NCBI RefSeq assembly: GCF_001194135.2
Contig: NC_068986.1
Location: 97,813,622 to 97,867,321 of the forward strand
DNA: 53,700 bases
Reading direction: 5' to 3'
From: Octopus bimaculoides
Taxonomy: Eukaryota
Below are positions 12,677 to 26,500 of the stretch, in pieces. A program made the translations under genes and the position numbers. A model generated the notes under the pieces. The model had not been told where the DNA came from. It ran no database searches and worked only from the letters and a program-made list of their open reading frames with translations. Position 1 is the stretch's first letter. Each line of letters opens with the position of its first letter.

Positions 12677-13546
12677 CGATGTGGCATCAAAAATTTCCCA
12701 CACTAATTAGTTGTAAGAAAACATAACATATTTACCTAACTTTTAAAATTATTTCCTTCAAAATAGTCACCTTGCTCAGCACTACACTGGTGCCAACGTT
12801 TGGAATCCAATCTGGAAGTCGACTTCCGTGAGCGGGTCGAGGGCCTTCTACGATTCACCCTGGATCTCTAGATCAATGTTAAACTGGCCACTTTTGAGAT
12901 GAATGTTCTTCTTGTGGAACAGACGGAAGTCTGCAGGTCCTAAATCTGGCGAATAGAGCTAGAGTGGAAGTGATACTATGTTGTTGTGGGCGAAAAACTG
13001 ACGAGTGAAGAGCGCTCGGTAACAGGGTGCATTATAGTCGGGAAGAATCCAACTTTTCACGTTCCACAGATCCGGTCGCTTTCGCAGAGTGTTCTTCCTC
13101 AAACGCTTCAAAACGTCGCAGCAGAACTCTCGATTGACATTCTGATCCTCGGGAACAAAATCTCGGAGACGATGAGCATGTTCCTGATTGACCTGTGGCT
13201 CTGTTGTGCGCCCATACCACTCGAAACATTGCGTACGACCCAATTGCGCTGTCACTGTAAGCTTGCGGGTGCATGCTAAACATCGCTGCCGGAGACTACC
13301 CAAGTTTAACGCAAAATTTCATGTTGGCTTTTTTGCTCTTACTTCCTCTCCCTGACAAAAATCGCACTACAGCATATATGTGATAAAAAAAACTCAAATT
13401 TCACAACTTGCGAAGTAAACATAGCTATGTCACTAGGCACACAACCTCATTAAGGTCATTGCTAGCTCTCACTGCAAACGCAATCATGTGTTGCCATCTG
13501 TTGGCGCGCTACGAATTTACTCCGATAAATTTTTGATACGACCTCA
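12677..13546 (-). mobile_element. Mariner (DD34D) transposon, internally deleted and pseudogenised
   Basis: TIRs cgatgtggcatcaaaaattt vs tgaggtcgtatcaaaaattt (16/20) with TA on both sides. Translation shows CFEWYGR (HTH), FVPEDQNVN, WIL..(D>Y)NAPC and LYSPDLGPADF with 34-residue spacing. Only 870 bp; deletion between the HTH and the MLIV block. Confidence 0.92.
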
Positions 13547-13910
13547 TATTTTTTCTTCTAGTTTTTTGTTTGCTTTATCGCATTACTGAAAGAAATAGTT
13601 TATACTCCTTAAGAAAATTTAAATCAAAAGCAGAGTTATATATCACTAATATATAATGATACGTAAAGAATATTAGAGATTCCAAATCAGATTATTAAGA
13701 ACCCTCTGAAATTAGCTTAAGCTTTCGATTTATGACATGAGATACTGATGTAATGGGTCTTGGTGTTATGTTAAACTTAAGCATGGCAGTTATGTAAATG
13801 TCTCTTCCACATCTATATATGTCGCTTATATCGTTTTCCAACAAGTTAATGCTCTAGGTTACAGAACATATCCCAAATATGTTCTTCTACCGAGTATTGT
13901 ATATATATAT

Positions 13911-14095
13911 TTCAGTCATTGGATTGCGACCATCTTTAGTCTATCAAATCACCCCAGTACTTAATTTTCTTTAAAACCTGGAACTTATTCTAACGGTCTC
14001 TTTGGCAAGCTGGTAGCTTACGGGAACATAAATAAACCGACACCAGGTATCAAATGGTTGTAGGGCAAGCAAATACAATCAAAAAGACTCGCACA
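13911..14095 (-). mobile_element. SINE family B 3' half
   Basis: ttcagtcattggattgcgaccat...tttagtc...accccag...acttattctaacggtctctttggc...ttacgggaacataaataaaccg; followed by CA/TA repeats. Confidence 0.7.
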
Positions 14096-14969
14096 TCTTT
14101 CACACACACTCAGAGACAGTTGTATGTATTACGTATATATATATATATATATATATATNNNNNNNNNNNNNNNNNNNNNNNNNNNNNNNNNNNNNNNNNN
14201 NNNNNNNNNNNNNNNNNNNNNNNNNNNNNNNNNNNNNNNNNNNNNNNNNNNNNNNNNNNNNNNNNNNNNNNNNNNNNNNNNNNNNNNNNNNNNNNNNNNN
14301 NNNNNNNNNNNNNNNNNNNNNNNNNNNNNNNNNNNNNNNNNNNNNNNNNNNNNNNNNNNNNNNNNNNNNNNNNNNNNNNNNNNNNNNNNNNNNNNNNNNN
14401 NNNNNNNNNNNNNNNNNNNNNNNNNNNNNNNNNNNNNNNNNNNNNNNNNNNNNNNNNNNNNNNNNNNNNNNNNNNNNNNNNNNNNNNNNNNNNNNNNNNN
14501 NNNNNNNNNNNNNNNNNNNNNNNNNNNNNNNNNNNNNNNNNNNNNNNNNNNNNNNNNNNNNNNNNNNNNNNNNNNNNNNNNNNNNNNNNNNNNNNNNNNN
14601 NNNNNNNNNNNNNNNNNNNNNNNNNNNNNNNNNNNNNNNNNNNNNNNNNNNNNNNNNNNNATATATATATAGGTCAAATTTACAAAAAAAACAGAAGACA
14701 GGTGAAGGAACGACAAGCAGGAGTATTAGCTTGGTGCTCGGGAATAATGAAGTTTGACCTTTCGAGCCTACACTCTTTGACAAAAAGGGTTGAGAGGAAG
14801 AGAATGGTGAGGGAACGAAACAAAAAAGCGAACAGTGAAGCAAAAATATAGGGATTAACGGCTCAGCAAGTGAAATGATCGGAACAAAAGAGACTGAATG
14901 AAGGGGAGATAAATACAATGATCCGGCTGAGCCAGGGTACGCCTGCACGTGAGTGTAAGAACGGTGTAG

Positions 14970-15400
14970 GTACGTTTGTATGTGTGAATGGGGGCGAACG
15001 CGCGTGAATATATGTGTGGGCGAGCCCTAAATTATGAGGGCCAGTGTGTGCGTATGGGAGCGTGTGTTTATGTTTATAAGCAATCCAGTGCGTGCACTGA
15101 GTCGAGTGATATATATTTAAATGCGTATTTAAGTATGCGTGTGCGCGTGAATGTGTGTATATGTGTATGAGGGTGTGTATAAGTGTGTGTGAGGCCATCA
15201 TGTGTGTGCGTAAGTACTTGTGTGTAGCAGTAAATGTATGTTTGTTTGAGGGATGTGTGTGTGTGTGTGTGTTTGTGTTGGGGCATGAAGTGTGTTTAGA
15301 CCTTATATGTGCGTGTGTATTATATATTTTTATGTGTGAATGTTGTTTGTGTTTATGCGTGTTGTGTGGATGTGCGGTGTGTGTGTTTTCAGGAGTGAAT
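14970..15400. repeat. Degenerate (GT)n/(AT)n low-complexity tract
   Basis: Direct reading. Confidence 0.8.
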
Positions 15401-16110
15401 ATTGTTTGTTGTCGGGGAATGCATGGAGGTGGGAGGCGGGATAGTGGTGACGAGAGTTAAGGGTTGGGAGGTATTGGGTTCTNNNNNNNNNNNNNNNNNN
15501 NNNNNNNNNNNNNNNNNNNNNNNNNNNNNNNNNNNNNNNNNNNNNNNNNNNNNNNNNNNNNNNNNNNNNNNNNNNNNNNNNNNNNNNNNNNNNNNNNNNN
15601 NNNNNNNNNNNNNNNNNNNNNNNNNNNNNNNNNNNNNNNNNNNNNNNNNNNNNNNNNNNNNNNNNNNNNNNNNNNNNNNNNNNNNNNNNNNNNNNNNNNN
15701 NNNNNNNNNNNNNNNNNNNNNNNNNNNNNNNNNNNNNNNNNNNNNNNNNNNNNNNNNNNNNNNNNNNNNNNNNNNNNNNNNNNNNNNNNNNNNNNNNNNN
15801 NNNNNNNNNNNNNNNNNNNNNNNNNNNNNNNNNNNNNNNNNNNNNNNNNNNNNNNNNNNNNNNNNNNNNNNNNNNNNNNNNNNNNNNNNNNNNNNNNNNN
15901 NNNNNNNNNNNNNNNNNNNNNNNNNNNNNNNNNNNNNNNNNNNNNNNNNNNNNNNNNNNNNNNNNNNNNNNNNNNNNNNNNNNNNNNNNNNNNNNNNNNN
16001 NNNNNNNNNNNNNNNNNNNNNNNNNNNNNNNNNNNNNNNNNNNNNNNNNNNNNNNNNNNNNNNNNNNNNNNNNNNNNNNNNNNNNNNNNNNNNNNNNNNN
16101 NNNNNNNNNN

Positions 16111-16178
<68 letters not shown>

Positions 16179-16189
16179 CTTCGAGGTAC

Positions 16190-16342
16190 TCCTACAAAGT
16201 TTTCGCCTTCCTAAGTCAGTCACAAGGCACTGGTCGATATGAGGACCATAATAGAAGACGATCGCCAAAGATGCTGTGCAGTGACACTAAACTCGAACCT
16301 ATGCGGTTGCAAAGCGAAAGTACTATCCTCACAGCCATGCCT
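16190..16342 (-). mobile_element. SINE family B 5' half
   Basis: tcacaaggcactggtcga...agaagac...tgcagtgacactaaactcgaacc...cacagccatgcc. Confidence 0.7.
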
Positions 16343-16858
16343 TTGCATATATAAACTAAGTATTTGAGATGCAACCGAGTGATTTTGACATACGATGAAC
16401 TAATCCCCCCATTTAATTACAAAACTGACACTTTGGCGTCCCTTTTAATAAAAGAAATTCTCATTATCATTGTCTGGTACCATTTTAAATGGCTCCTACT
16501 TTTCTTTTCAAATCGCCTTTATGTATAAATGAAGACTGTGTCACGTACATCATAAATGTTTGAACAAAAACATTAACACATCTTCACGTTGCTGCAGTCG
16601 AAAAATTTCTGTTCTTCCATTTTTAATTCGGAATTAGTCCGTGTTGCCCTTGTTATTACTATTCTTATTGTGAGTAAATTTTAGATTGATGTGTTATGTG
16701 CGTGTTTGAGACACTGAGAGATAAAATACCAAAAATAAAAGGAGGAAATGTCGTCTAACCTGGAAATATACGTTACAAAACATAAGCGATCGAATTTTCA
16801 CTAAATCTCCAAAGCACGGTGTCAATGGTGGTGACAGTCAGGGCCCTCTGAAACTGAT

Positions 16859-17052
16859 CGAAATAGCAGCTAAGTATCCTTGAAATGTATCTTATCATCT
16901 GCAAATAAATAGAGAGGTTTACATATAATGAAAAATATAGCCGTCTTTATATAAACGACTAAGAAAAAAAAAAAACGTGTGATCAGAGATGGAATATATC
17001 ATATCATGAATTTCATCAACCAGAGGAAACTCGGCTCCAAACAACAACAACA
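16859..17052 (+). repeat. Unclassified ~200-bp repeat family D copy with (CAA)n tail
   Basis: Head gaaatagcagc and tail tcatgaattt...aaacaacaacaac, shared with the copies at 38641-39968 and 50299. Confidence 0.55.
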
Positions 17053-17109
17053 AAATCATTACCATCAAATGAAACCATCATATATTCGTATATTCAATAT
17101 ATATTCCAT

Positions 17110-17700
17110 AAAACATATCCTAGAGGGCAACATTGAAAAAATAAAAGTATAACCGAAACTATAGAACTGGAATAACTAACCTAATGAAAATAATAACATC
17201 TCACACAACAAATGAGCGTTTCTCAGGAGAGAAATAAAACGAAAGATCAAAGAACTGACAAATGAAAATGAAAACAAAGAAAATATATTAAAAAACAGAA
17301 AAGTGACGAATATTTCTCATCTAGGTGACAAAAATATTAATAATAATAAAACACGTAATCCAAATTATTAAACTATAATAGCTGAACAGATGAAAGGAAA
17401 AAATAAACCTTTAAAGAGCAGAATATTTCACATAAGGTAAATAATCACTACATCAAGCAAATAGACAAGAAGATAGCAAAGAAAATAAACTAAAGAACTC
17501 CAGACAATTTGTAAATATTTATTATACAGTAGAGGAAAAAGCATAGATTAAAATACGTAGCCCAAATTACAGAACCATGTTGAGGAAATAATAAGACCTC
17601 ACAGTGTAACAACTGTATTTCAGATGAAAGAGTGGCTGAGCTTATCACCGAACATGTAAAGAAGTAGAGAAAATAGAAGAAAATATATTAACCTAACATA
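17110..17700 (+). mobile_element. Possible very old R4/Dong-like LINE remnant (A-rich sense strand)
   Basis: Strong A skew; residual ENKLKNSRQF and EWL resemble the pre-RT region of R4/Dong ORFs. Heavily decayed. Confidence 0.3.
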
Positions 17701-19249
17701 AAAAGCTGGTGTATGTCTGTAGTATAATTTCCGCCACAAACGAATATAAATAAGATGGTATCAAATTATATACATTTATTTAGCATCCTTGATGCATTTT
17801 GCCGTGGGGCCCCCACCTCATTGCTTGTAGAGAATTATATGATGGTGTGATATACAGTCAATCTTGGGTATTTGTTGGCTTGGTGAGATCCAGCCATGTC
17901 CAGTGCTGATTAGATCATATAATGTAAACACGCTATAGCTGAGAAAAGAAAGACGGGATTGTCACTACTGGACCGCCTTGGTTTCTTTTGTATTTTTTAA
18001 TGCAAAGTGAAGGGGAAAATATTTTATATTAATATTTTGTATTGACCAAAATATGTATACTATTATGAACATTACAACGGTACCAAGTAAGCAGAATACT
18101 TAAAACATCGAAAAATGCTTTACGATATTTGTTCGGGCTATTTACTTTCGAAGCTCAAATCCCACCCATGTCAGCTTCACATTAAATCCCCAGATCTCTG
18201 CCCCAAATCTCAGGCTTTACGCTTTCGTTGGAATCATTTGTTATGATTATTACAAGCTGACTTTGGGTAAATGCACTTCAAAACAATACATCAAACTCTT
18301 GTGTATTGCTCTTTGCATGACTACCGTTTTGGGGGATCTGATGACGAGAATTAATAAGGGTGGCTTCCACGGATCATTCGCTATGTCTAAGCCAAGGAAA
18401 AAAATTCACCTGAGTCTATAAAAAGCTGAAGTTTTAAATAATATTTTGATAAACAAAAAGAAATTTGCCTAATAAAATCGGAGTGCACAAGCACAATAAT
18501 CACGTTCATTTAGGGCTTACTTCAAGGCAAAGAACAACCACCATAAAAAATACTCTATATAAAATACTACCAAGATATAGAAGAAGCTGAACTTGCTGCA
18601 ATCAAGCTTAGTGCCTTTGCCACTAGATGTACATTTTTCTTGAAATATCACTGTCGCATACTACAAATAACATTCCTATTTTTACTTGTAAAAGATGTTC
18701 CCTCCGGGGACTCGCTCCGGAGTCCCGCCACACGCATCTTTGCGCTTGCACCCTACATCTCTAAGAACGATTTGCAAACTTATTACTGGTTCTACCGCCA
18801 TTGACTGGAGAGCGGAATACGATTTTTTTTTACTGCACCATTCTACCTTCTTAACATACGTGATGAACGATACCGTAAGGTTATTTTGTCGAACTCTTTT
18901 CATATTGCAGTTTTTGGTTGTCTTATACACGCAACTTACCAAGTGCCGTTTCTATATACAATAAAGAAGACTCAAAAAATTATTTATAATATCAACTGTA
19001 ATATTAGAATGCTGCGTCTAATTTAAAAGAAGACAGTAAACTGTGTAATATTTCTATACACTGTAAATGTATATCTATGCTAAACACCACCTTGAGCGGT
19101 ATTGCAGCCCTCCCCTTTCTTTCTTGAAGCCTAAATACATGACAGAATTAAAAATACGCATTCAGCATTCTAGAGATCAGTGCTCTCCAGTTCGAAATAC
19201 AGCTAATTACTCAAAGAGAGAAATATAGACAGAAAAAAAGATTAGTGTA

Positions 19250-19385
19250 TCTAGGTACTAACAATAGCCTTTTATGTATCGACGCCAAAGAGATGAACTG
19301 CAGAAACTGCATTCAGAAAGGTGAGATCGAGAAAGAAGACCGCTAAGTACTGTGTCCAACGCTTCAACAACTCTGCTAATTAGAT
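19250..19385 (-). mobile_element. SINE family A, highly degenerate
   Basis: atcgacgccaaagagatgaa...accgctaagtac...ctctgcta. Confidence 0.45.
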
Positions 19386-19394
19386 GGGTTAAAA

Positions 19395-19622
19395 TAGTGG
19401 TTGTCAACCGGGTTATGTATGGCCCTATAGGGCCTATATATTTTTAGTGGGGGAAGGGGACGGGTCCATTCAACAAAATATTAAAATTGGATATCAACAA
19501 AAATATTTTAAGGGCTCCTGAGAATATTTTGATTTAGTTGTATGTATTTATTTAGATGCATGTATTAATATGTATTGCAAGAAACATATTTTTCTCTAAA
19601 ATTTTACGTAGTTGAACCTAAA

Positions 19623-19660
<38 letters not shown>

Positions 19661-19793
19661 GAACAAATTAGAAATTTTGAAAGAAGTTTTTATAAAACTA
19701 GTTTTTAAACAGTGAATCGCTATGGAGTGGGGTCATCAGAACAAAATAGTAATCAAATGGGGTCCATAGATAAATAACGGTTGAGAACCCATA
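19395..19793. mobile_element. hAT-type MITE with internal (GT)n
   Basis: TIRs tagtggttgtcaaccg vs tatgggttctcaaccg (13/16; CAGTGGTTCTCAACC-type); flanking 8-mers ggttaaaa and gtttaaag (6/8) fit an 8-bp TSD. Confidence 0.75.
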
Positions 19794-21057
19794 GTTTAAA
19801 GTTTTAACCTTAATAGTTCATCATACAATATTTGAGATTTACAAAGGAACACAATCATTGATATAATATTCAGTAAATCTTTAAATCAATTTACTAGTTT
19901 CTGTCGTTGATCTATGCCCATGATGTAGCACTGCCTTTAAGTCGATTGTATCGACCCTGGCATTTAATCTCCTACTTAATGTATCGAATATTATTTCTNN
20001 NNNNNNNNNNNNNNNNNNNNNNNNNNNNNNNNNNNNNNNNNNNNNNNNNNNNNNNNNNNNNNNNNNNNNNNNNNNNNNNNNNNNNNNNNNNNNNNNNNNN
20101 NNNNNNNNNNNNNNNNNNNNNNNNNNNNNNNNNNNNNNNNNNNNNNNNNNNNNNNNNNNNNNNNNNNNNNNNNNNNNNNNNNNNNNNNNNNNNNNNNNNN
20201 NNNNNNNNNNNNNNNNNNNNNNNNNNNNNNNNNNNNNNNNNNNNNNNNNNNNNNNNNNNNNNNNNNNNNNNNNNNNNNNNNNNNNNNNNNNNNNNNNNNN
20301 NNNNNNNNNNNNNNNNNNNNNNNNNNNNNNNNNNNNNNNNNNNNNNNNNNNNNNNNNNNNNNNNNNNNNNNNNNNNNNNNNNNNNNNNNNNNNNNNNNNN
20401 NNNNNNNNNNNNNNNNNNNNNNNNNNNNNNNNNNNNNNNNNNNNNNNNNNNNNNNNNNNNNNNNNNNNNNNNNNNNNNNNNNNNNNNNNNNNNNNNNNNN
20501 NNNNNNNNNNNNNNNNNNNNNNNNNNNNNNNNNNNNNNNNNNNNNNNNNNNNNNNNNNNNNNNNNNNNNNNNNNNNNNNNNNNNNNNNNNNNNNNNNNNN
20601 NNNNNNNNNNNNNNNNNNNNNNNNNNNNNNNNNNNNNNNNNNNNNNNNNNNNNNNNNNNNNNNNNNNNNNNNNNNNNNNNNNNNNNNNNNNNNNNNNNNN
20701 NNNNNNNNNNNNNNNNNNNNNNNNNNNNNNNNNNNNNNNNNNNNNNNNNNNNNNNNNNNNNNNNNNNNNNNNNNNNNNNNNNNNNNNNNNNNNNNNNNNN
20801 NNNNNNNNNNNNNNNNNNNNNNNNNNNNNNNAAAGAAAGAAAGAAAGAAAACGAACACTAGTGAGAGTTTTCTATCAGATTTCATGAGCGGAATTTTAAT
20901 GACAATAAACTGCATTTACAATTCTACAAGATAAATTACAAATAAATAAATAAAACAACTTAAAATTAAAATAAAACGGCATCACAATACAAAAATATAT
21001 ATGTAATAACTTAATGAAATCGTATTATCGATATAAAAAAATGAGGACACCATTAAC

Positions 21058-21290
<233 letters not shown>

Positions 21291-21294
21291 TGTT

Positions 21295-21510
21295 GTTAGG
21301 TTTTCAAAAGTTTCAGGCTAGCACTATCGCAGCATCAGGGGTACCTGATGTTTCTTCAGGTGTGTATACCATTGTCTTTTGGGAGTGGTGTGATGCGTGC
21401 GTATGCTCTATCGGTTTTTCTTTGTTGTCGGATTTGTTTCCTTGGTTCTTTTGTAATAGTATTTCATCTGGTTTTATTTTAATTTCTTTGTAGGCTAAGT
21501 TCTGTCTTAG
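21295..21510 (-). mobile_element. Probable R4/Dong LINE internal fragment embedded between microsatellites
   Basis: A-rich minus-strand reading ...HHSQRQWYTHL... resembles the QN.LF..Q..FY..L pre-RT block; flanked by TTA and TAC tracts. Confidence 0.35.
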
Positions 21511-21539
21511 TTAATTATCATTTTCAAAATAATGATAAG

Positions 21540-21830
<291 letters not shown>

Positions 21831-22697
21831 TTAACAGTATGATGTATTTGCCAACACGTTTGCTCTTTATAAAAGCAACCGGAACCGAGTAAGAAAAAAA
21901 GTTATAAAATAAATGTCTTGACAGTTTTCGACTACAAATTACAAAGAATGATAAAGAATGTTTCTCATGCGTTTAGGTTACTTTGAAAAGCGAATACCAT
22001 ATTTCTTGTTTATTTCTTTCTTTTTTTATCTATTCATCAACTCAATTCATCAACTGCTGTTATGCGTTTCCAAAACATGGCTGATGTTTATTTACCATTA
22101 ATAAAGGCGGTGGGCATGACGCACGGTGGTGTAGACTATCTATAAAATTTAAAGAAGAAAGTTCTTGAAAGATGGAGCTTGGCTTTCTTGTTTCCTTGTT
22201 TCTTGTATTCTTGTTTTGAACTTTATTTTTTTTCTAAATGAACATTTTGTTAGGCAAACGAAAAGAGGAGTGAAGAAAATGTCGTCTCAGTAGATTATTT
22301 CTCTTTGTTTCTTTTGTTCTATGTTTCTGCTTCACTTATTTAAATTTTATTTTATATTTCCTGAAAAAGTAGTCTGTGATATGACTGTTATTTCTAACAG
22401 GCTGAGTCTACATATTGCGGATTTCTTCAAGTAGTTTCAGAACATCATACTTCATTTTATGAGTTATTTATAGAAACTTGATAGAAAAAACGATTTCTTC
22501 AGTATATGATCAGCTTCTAAGGTCATTCTGTCTTTTCTTTACACTTGTAATGAATTAGTCACAGAATAAAGGCCAGTAACCGATACCTTGTTCCTGGACA
22601 TCTGTGACTGAGAAATAAAACGGAAAATCTTATCCTTAGACTAGAAATCTATAACGAAAACGTGTATCATAAGGCGCTTCCGAGCACGAGGCAATGG

Positions 22698-22765
<68 letters not shown>

Positions 22766-22834
22766 AAGCTAGCTAGCTAGTTAGCAATCTATACACATCC
22801 ACACACACACACACACATATATATATATTTATGC

Positions 22835-22886
<52 letters not shown>

Positions 22887-22924
22887 GCACACATATATAC
22901 ATACATACAAACAAATGTTAATAT

Positions 22925-23019
<95 letters not shown>
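22698..23019. repeat. (ATCT)n, (CA)n, (TA)n, (TAC)n and (TAA)n microsatellite cluster
   Basis: Direct reading. Confidence 0.9.
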
Positions 23020-23625
23020 GTGAGTGCGTAATCTCGCACGATGAGTATATAAAAGGAGTCACGACAATGTGGTCAGATATGTCCAATGGCTCTTGTGCGG
23101 CAACGCAAACCTCGAGAGAGCCGAACAATGATATGAACACAGAGAGAGGGAGTAATGGAAACCGAACGTAACAAAATACTCTGGGATTTCATCTTGCATT
23201 CAGTGCGACCAAGTCATCTGAGGCGAGACGACCAGATATTGTGCTCATCTATAAAAATGAAAAAGAAGTAAAGATAATAGATGTTGCAATACCAGGCGAA
23301 TCGCGGGTGAAATGTAAGGAAACAGAAAAGATTGAGAAATACCAGCCACTGCGGGATGAGATAGGAAAAATGTATGGGGCATGAGGAAAGCAGTGGTGAT
23401 ACCGGTGGTAATTGGAGCATTAAGAGCACTTTCCAAGGGCTTTGAAAAACGTATTAAGAATATTGGAGCTGCTGTCAGAATCGAGGTGATCCAGGAGACA
23501 CCATTGTTGGGTGCAGCTCACATTCTAAGAGTATTGTCTCTTTGAGTTATAGGAGGAGGCACTACTTGAAACATTTGGTGATTTGTTGTTGCTTGCTTTC
23601 AAGTGAAGAATAACCTGTAACTGTT
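23020..23625 (+). mobile_element. R4/Dong-clade non-LTR retrotransposon 3' end (RLE domain), pseudogenised
   Basis: EYI.RHDNVVRYVQW.LC, ILWDF, RRPDIVL...IIDVAIP...EKIEKY..L, VIPVVIGAL, LLGAAHILR.VL*; starts directly after (TAA)n. Confidence 0.9.
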
Positions 23626-23835
23626 ACACTTATATATACACTTATATATACACTTATATATATATATATATATATATATATAACAGAGTAAGAGTAAGCA
23701 CATAAATGTGAAACAAGGTGGGAAAAAACAGTACTAGAATACCGGAGCTAATATGATTTATTATTAAAATACGTATTATTCACACTCATAACAAAACACA
23801 TACACACAATCACACACAATCACACACACAAACAA

Positions 23836-23885
<50 letters not shown>

Positions 23886-24964
23886 ACTCACACACACATA
23901 TCGTATCTTAATATATATTTGGATGCATGCATAAACATACAAAAATATATATACATATTTATATGATATATATACGTAATGTTTGTGCTTGTCTATACGT
24001 ATGAGTGTGTGTGTTTGTGTGTGTGGGGGTGGAAACAAGCATCATGCCTTACATTTTTATTTACGACATCGACTATTACATAGGGCAATAATGGCGTCCC
24101 AGCACGGCTCTCGTTAAACAGTCTGAAATTAGTAAAACAGAGGAAAAGTGTAAAAATATAATCGAATTCAATGCCTACATTCGTCTTCTACATTTTTTAC
24201 CTAGATAATAATGTTTTCCTTTGTGACGGAAAATTTTACTTTATTTCCATCTCAATATATATATCATTCTCATATGATTTGTGCAACGCTAACTGTTGCT
24301 GTTTATGTTTACATATATTTGAGGTTCAGCAGTCATTGAAAACATTAATTATACGTAAGGTATGTTAAGTTAAACACGCTAAAAATCAAAAGAAAGAAAA
24401 TAAATGTAAGTTACCTAATTTGTTATTCACATTGATTTTCTTCGTTATTTTCGTTTTGGTTATTGTTTGTACTTTTTAAATTTATTTTTACTTATTTTTT
24501 TATATGTATTCATTTATTTTTACTTAATTTTATATGTATTTTGTTTTTTTGTTTTTTGTTTTTTTTCTCTCTTTCTTTCTAGGTTGATGCTGTCTTCACT
24601 GATGGCTAATGGATATTTCGCTGAGCTGTCAGGCAACTTTGCAATGTGGTTAATCAAACCGTCGGCTGAACGACTATCATTGTCGTCGTTATCGTCGTCA
24701 TCATCATCATCATCATCATCGTCATCATTATCAGAAGCAGCAGCAGCACCGCCCTCACTACCATCACTGTCATCACCTTCGTCAGAGACTTGATTGCTAT
24801 CATCATCAATATATTCGCCTTCTTGTCATCGTCGCCAGCACCACCGTCTACCGCCGCAGCTGCTGCAGAAGTATAATTTTCGCTTTTAGTGACGTATTTG
24901 CTTTTGTCATTCCTGTTTATAAGTACCACCACCACTACTACCACTATTGGATTTGGGAGGAGGT

Positions 24965-25060
24965 GTAGAATACAAATTCAACCTGGGCGGATTTTGAACT
25001 CTGAACGTAAGGACGGACGAAATGCTTAGATGCAAGCGATTGTCCGACTGGTGTTTTCTA
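24965..25060 (-). mobile_element. SINE family A fragment
   Basis: aacctgggcggattttgaactctgaacgtaaggacggacgaaatgct. Confidence 0.65.
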
Positions 25061-25159
25061 ATTTATAGAGACATGCTAAGAATAGTTCCATTCACACCAT
25101 CGATATTGTCTCGGTTACCCATTTTATGATAAACTCACTGCGGAAAAGTAGTACTCTCT

Positions 25160-26500
25160 TGATCTTTATTTCCCTTCCAATGTGGAATTTGAAAAGGACG
25201 ACGAGAGCTGTGTCGGACAGGGAACTATATGTTTCAGTCCTTTCCGTCGTACACATTGTACAAGCTCTTTCCCCATAGCCTCTACAGAGAGGACGTACGT
25301 CTGCTTCGTCTTCATAAACGTAGGTGGTAGAGTGATTCTCACAATAGGTTCGGCCGATAGTCCGATTGTCCTATATGGGACAGCAGCTGTTCGACATGAT
25401 TTTACATGTCAACAATGCTCTGACGCAACACGACTACAAGCAGTGTGGTTTCACCGTTCTACACATATCTCAAACAGCTCCGCTTGGTGGTACGTCCGTG
25501 ACTGCAGATTTTGTATGAATTTAGTTGATCCTTGTGGTATTACTGCCTGACCAAGAATATGGAACCCTTACAAACAACATTTCTCCCATGAGCTCCTCAA
25601 GTCATTCCAGGTGTTAGGTGCCTAATATGATCTTTTTTTCCTCAACCCATCATCGAAGTCTCTTTAAAGAGATGTTATCCGGAAAATAGGTGTAACTACT
25701 CAACGTCCGGAAAAATCTGGTGTCTCGGCAGCTTCAGTGTGTGCTTGGTTATATGACGTGATGCCATGCACAGCCTATATTCGTAGGGCGCTGGCGATAA
25801 GAATCCCCAAAGAAACAGAAAAAAACGGGCCAGTGTAGCGAAACAAGGCCTGGACAACGTACAAAGATCAGTCGGTAAGTTATGACGGAGGTTATGCCGG
25901 CATTCGCGACCTCTGCTCGCCATTTAAGACGCCGCTTATTCTCAGCAAATTTCTCAATGAGACTGTCACCTTGCATGTAGCGTCGTCCCAGTTTCTAGCC
26001 ACTTGGAGATCAGGACTCAACTGGATCCAAAGAAGTCTAAACAGGCTCTCCGTTCAGCAACCTAGGATGGTGTTCGACAAAATAGACATGCCTTCGCAGA
26101 TGAGAACCCACAAAGCCACAGATATGTCCGGATTTACATTAGCTCCTACATGACCTCCTATCTATTAGAAATGACTTCCAACTACTTCTCCGTCCATGGT
26201 GTCCGAAACCACTACAGTGATGTCATTCACATATACCGATTCACTTCTGCCGCCTCCCAACAAGCAAGTTCTATTATGCATTAATACGATCCATTCAACG
26301 ACAAGTGCCAATCCCTGTACTGACACTTTCGTCGAAATCATAAATTCTGCATTTATCAAGATTATGGGTTGGAAAGTATCTACGATATTCCATCTTTTGG
26401 CCTCCGTTTTTAAAAGTGAATGTTTCAGTGCAGAAAAGTGGGGATTATATGCCAAACACAAGTTTGGTACATAAACATAAAGCTCATAGGGCATACATTT
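25160..26500 (-). mobile_element. Tx1/L1-clade LINE remnant (RT domain to C-terminal CCHC region)
   Basis: SVQG..., SVYVNDITVVVSD (AYADD-like), GANVN...S, SPDLQV..NW, LKWRAEV.N..I.SVITYRL, and a decayed C..ET.L...VEQLLS block; many stops. Confidence 0.8.

Noticed and set aside
21325-21362. CUGAAGA plus catcagg/cctgatg hairpin on the minus strand
   Set aside because: GAAA does not follow the stem and stems I and III are absent; it lies within a probable LINE fragment.
24595-24635. SECIS-like or pre-miRNA hairpin tgatggct...agctgtca
   Set aside because: Stem too short; no AUGA/GA quartet with AAR loop; not pre-miRNA length.
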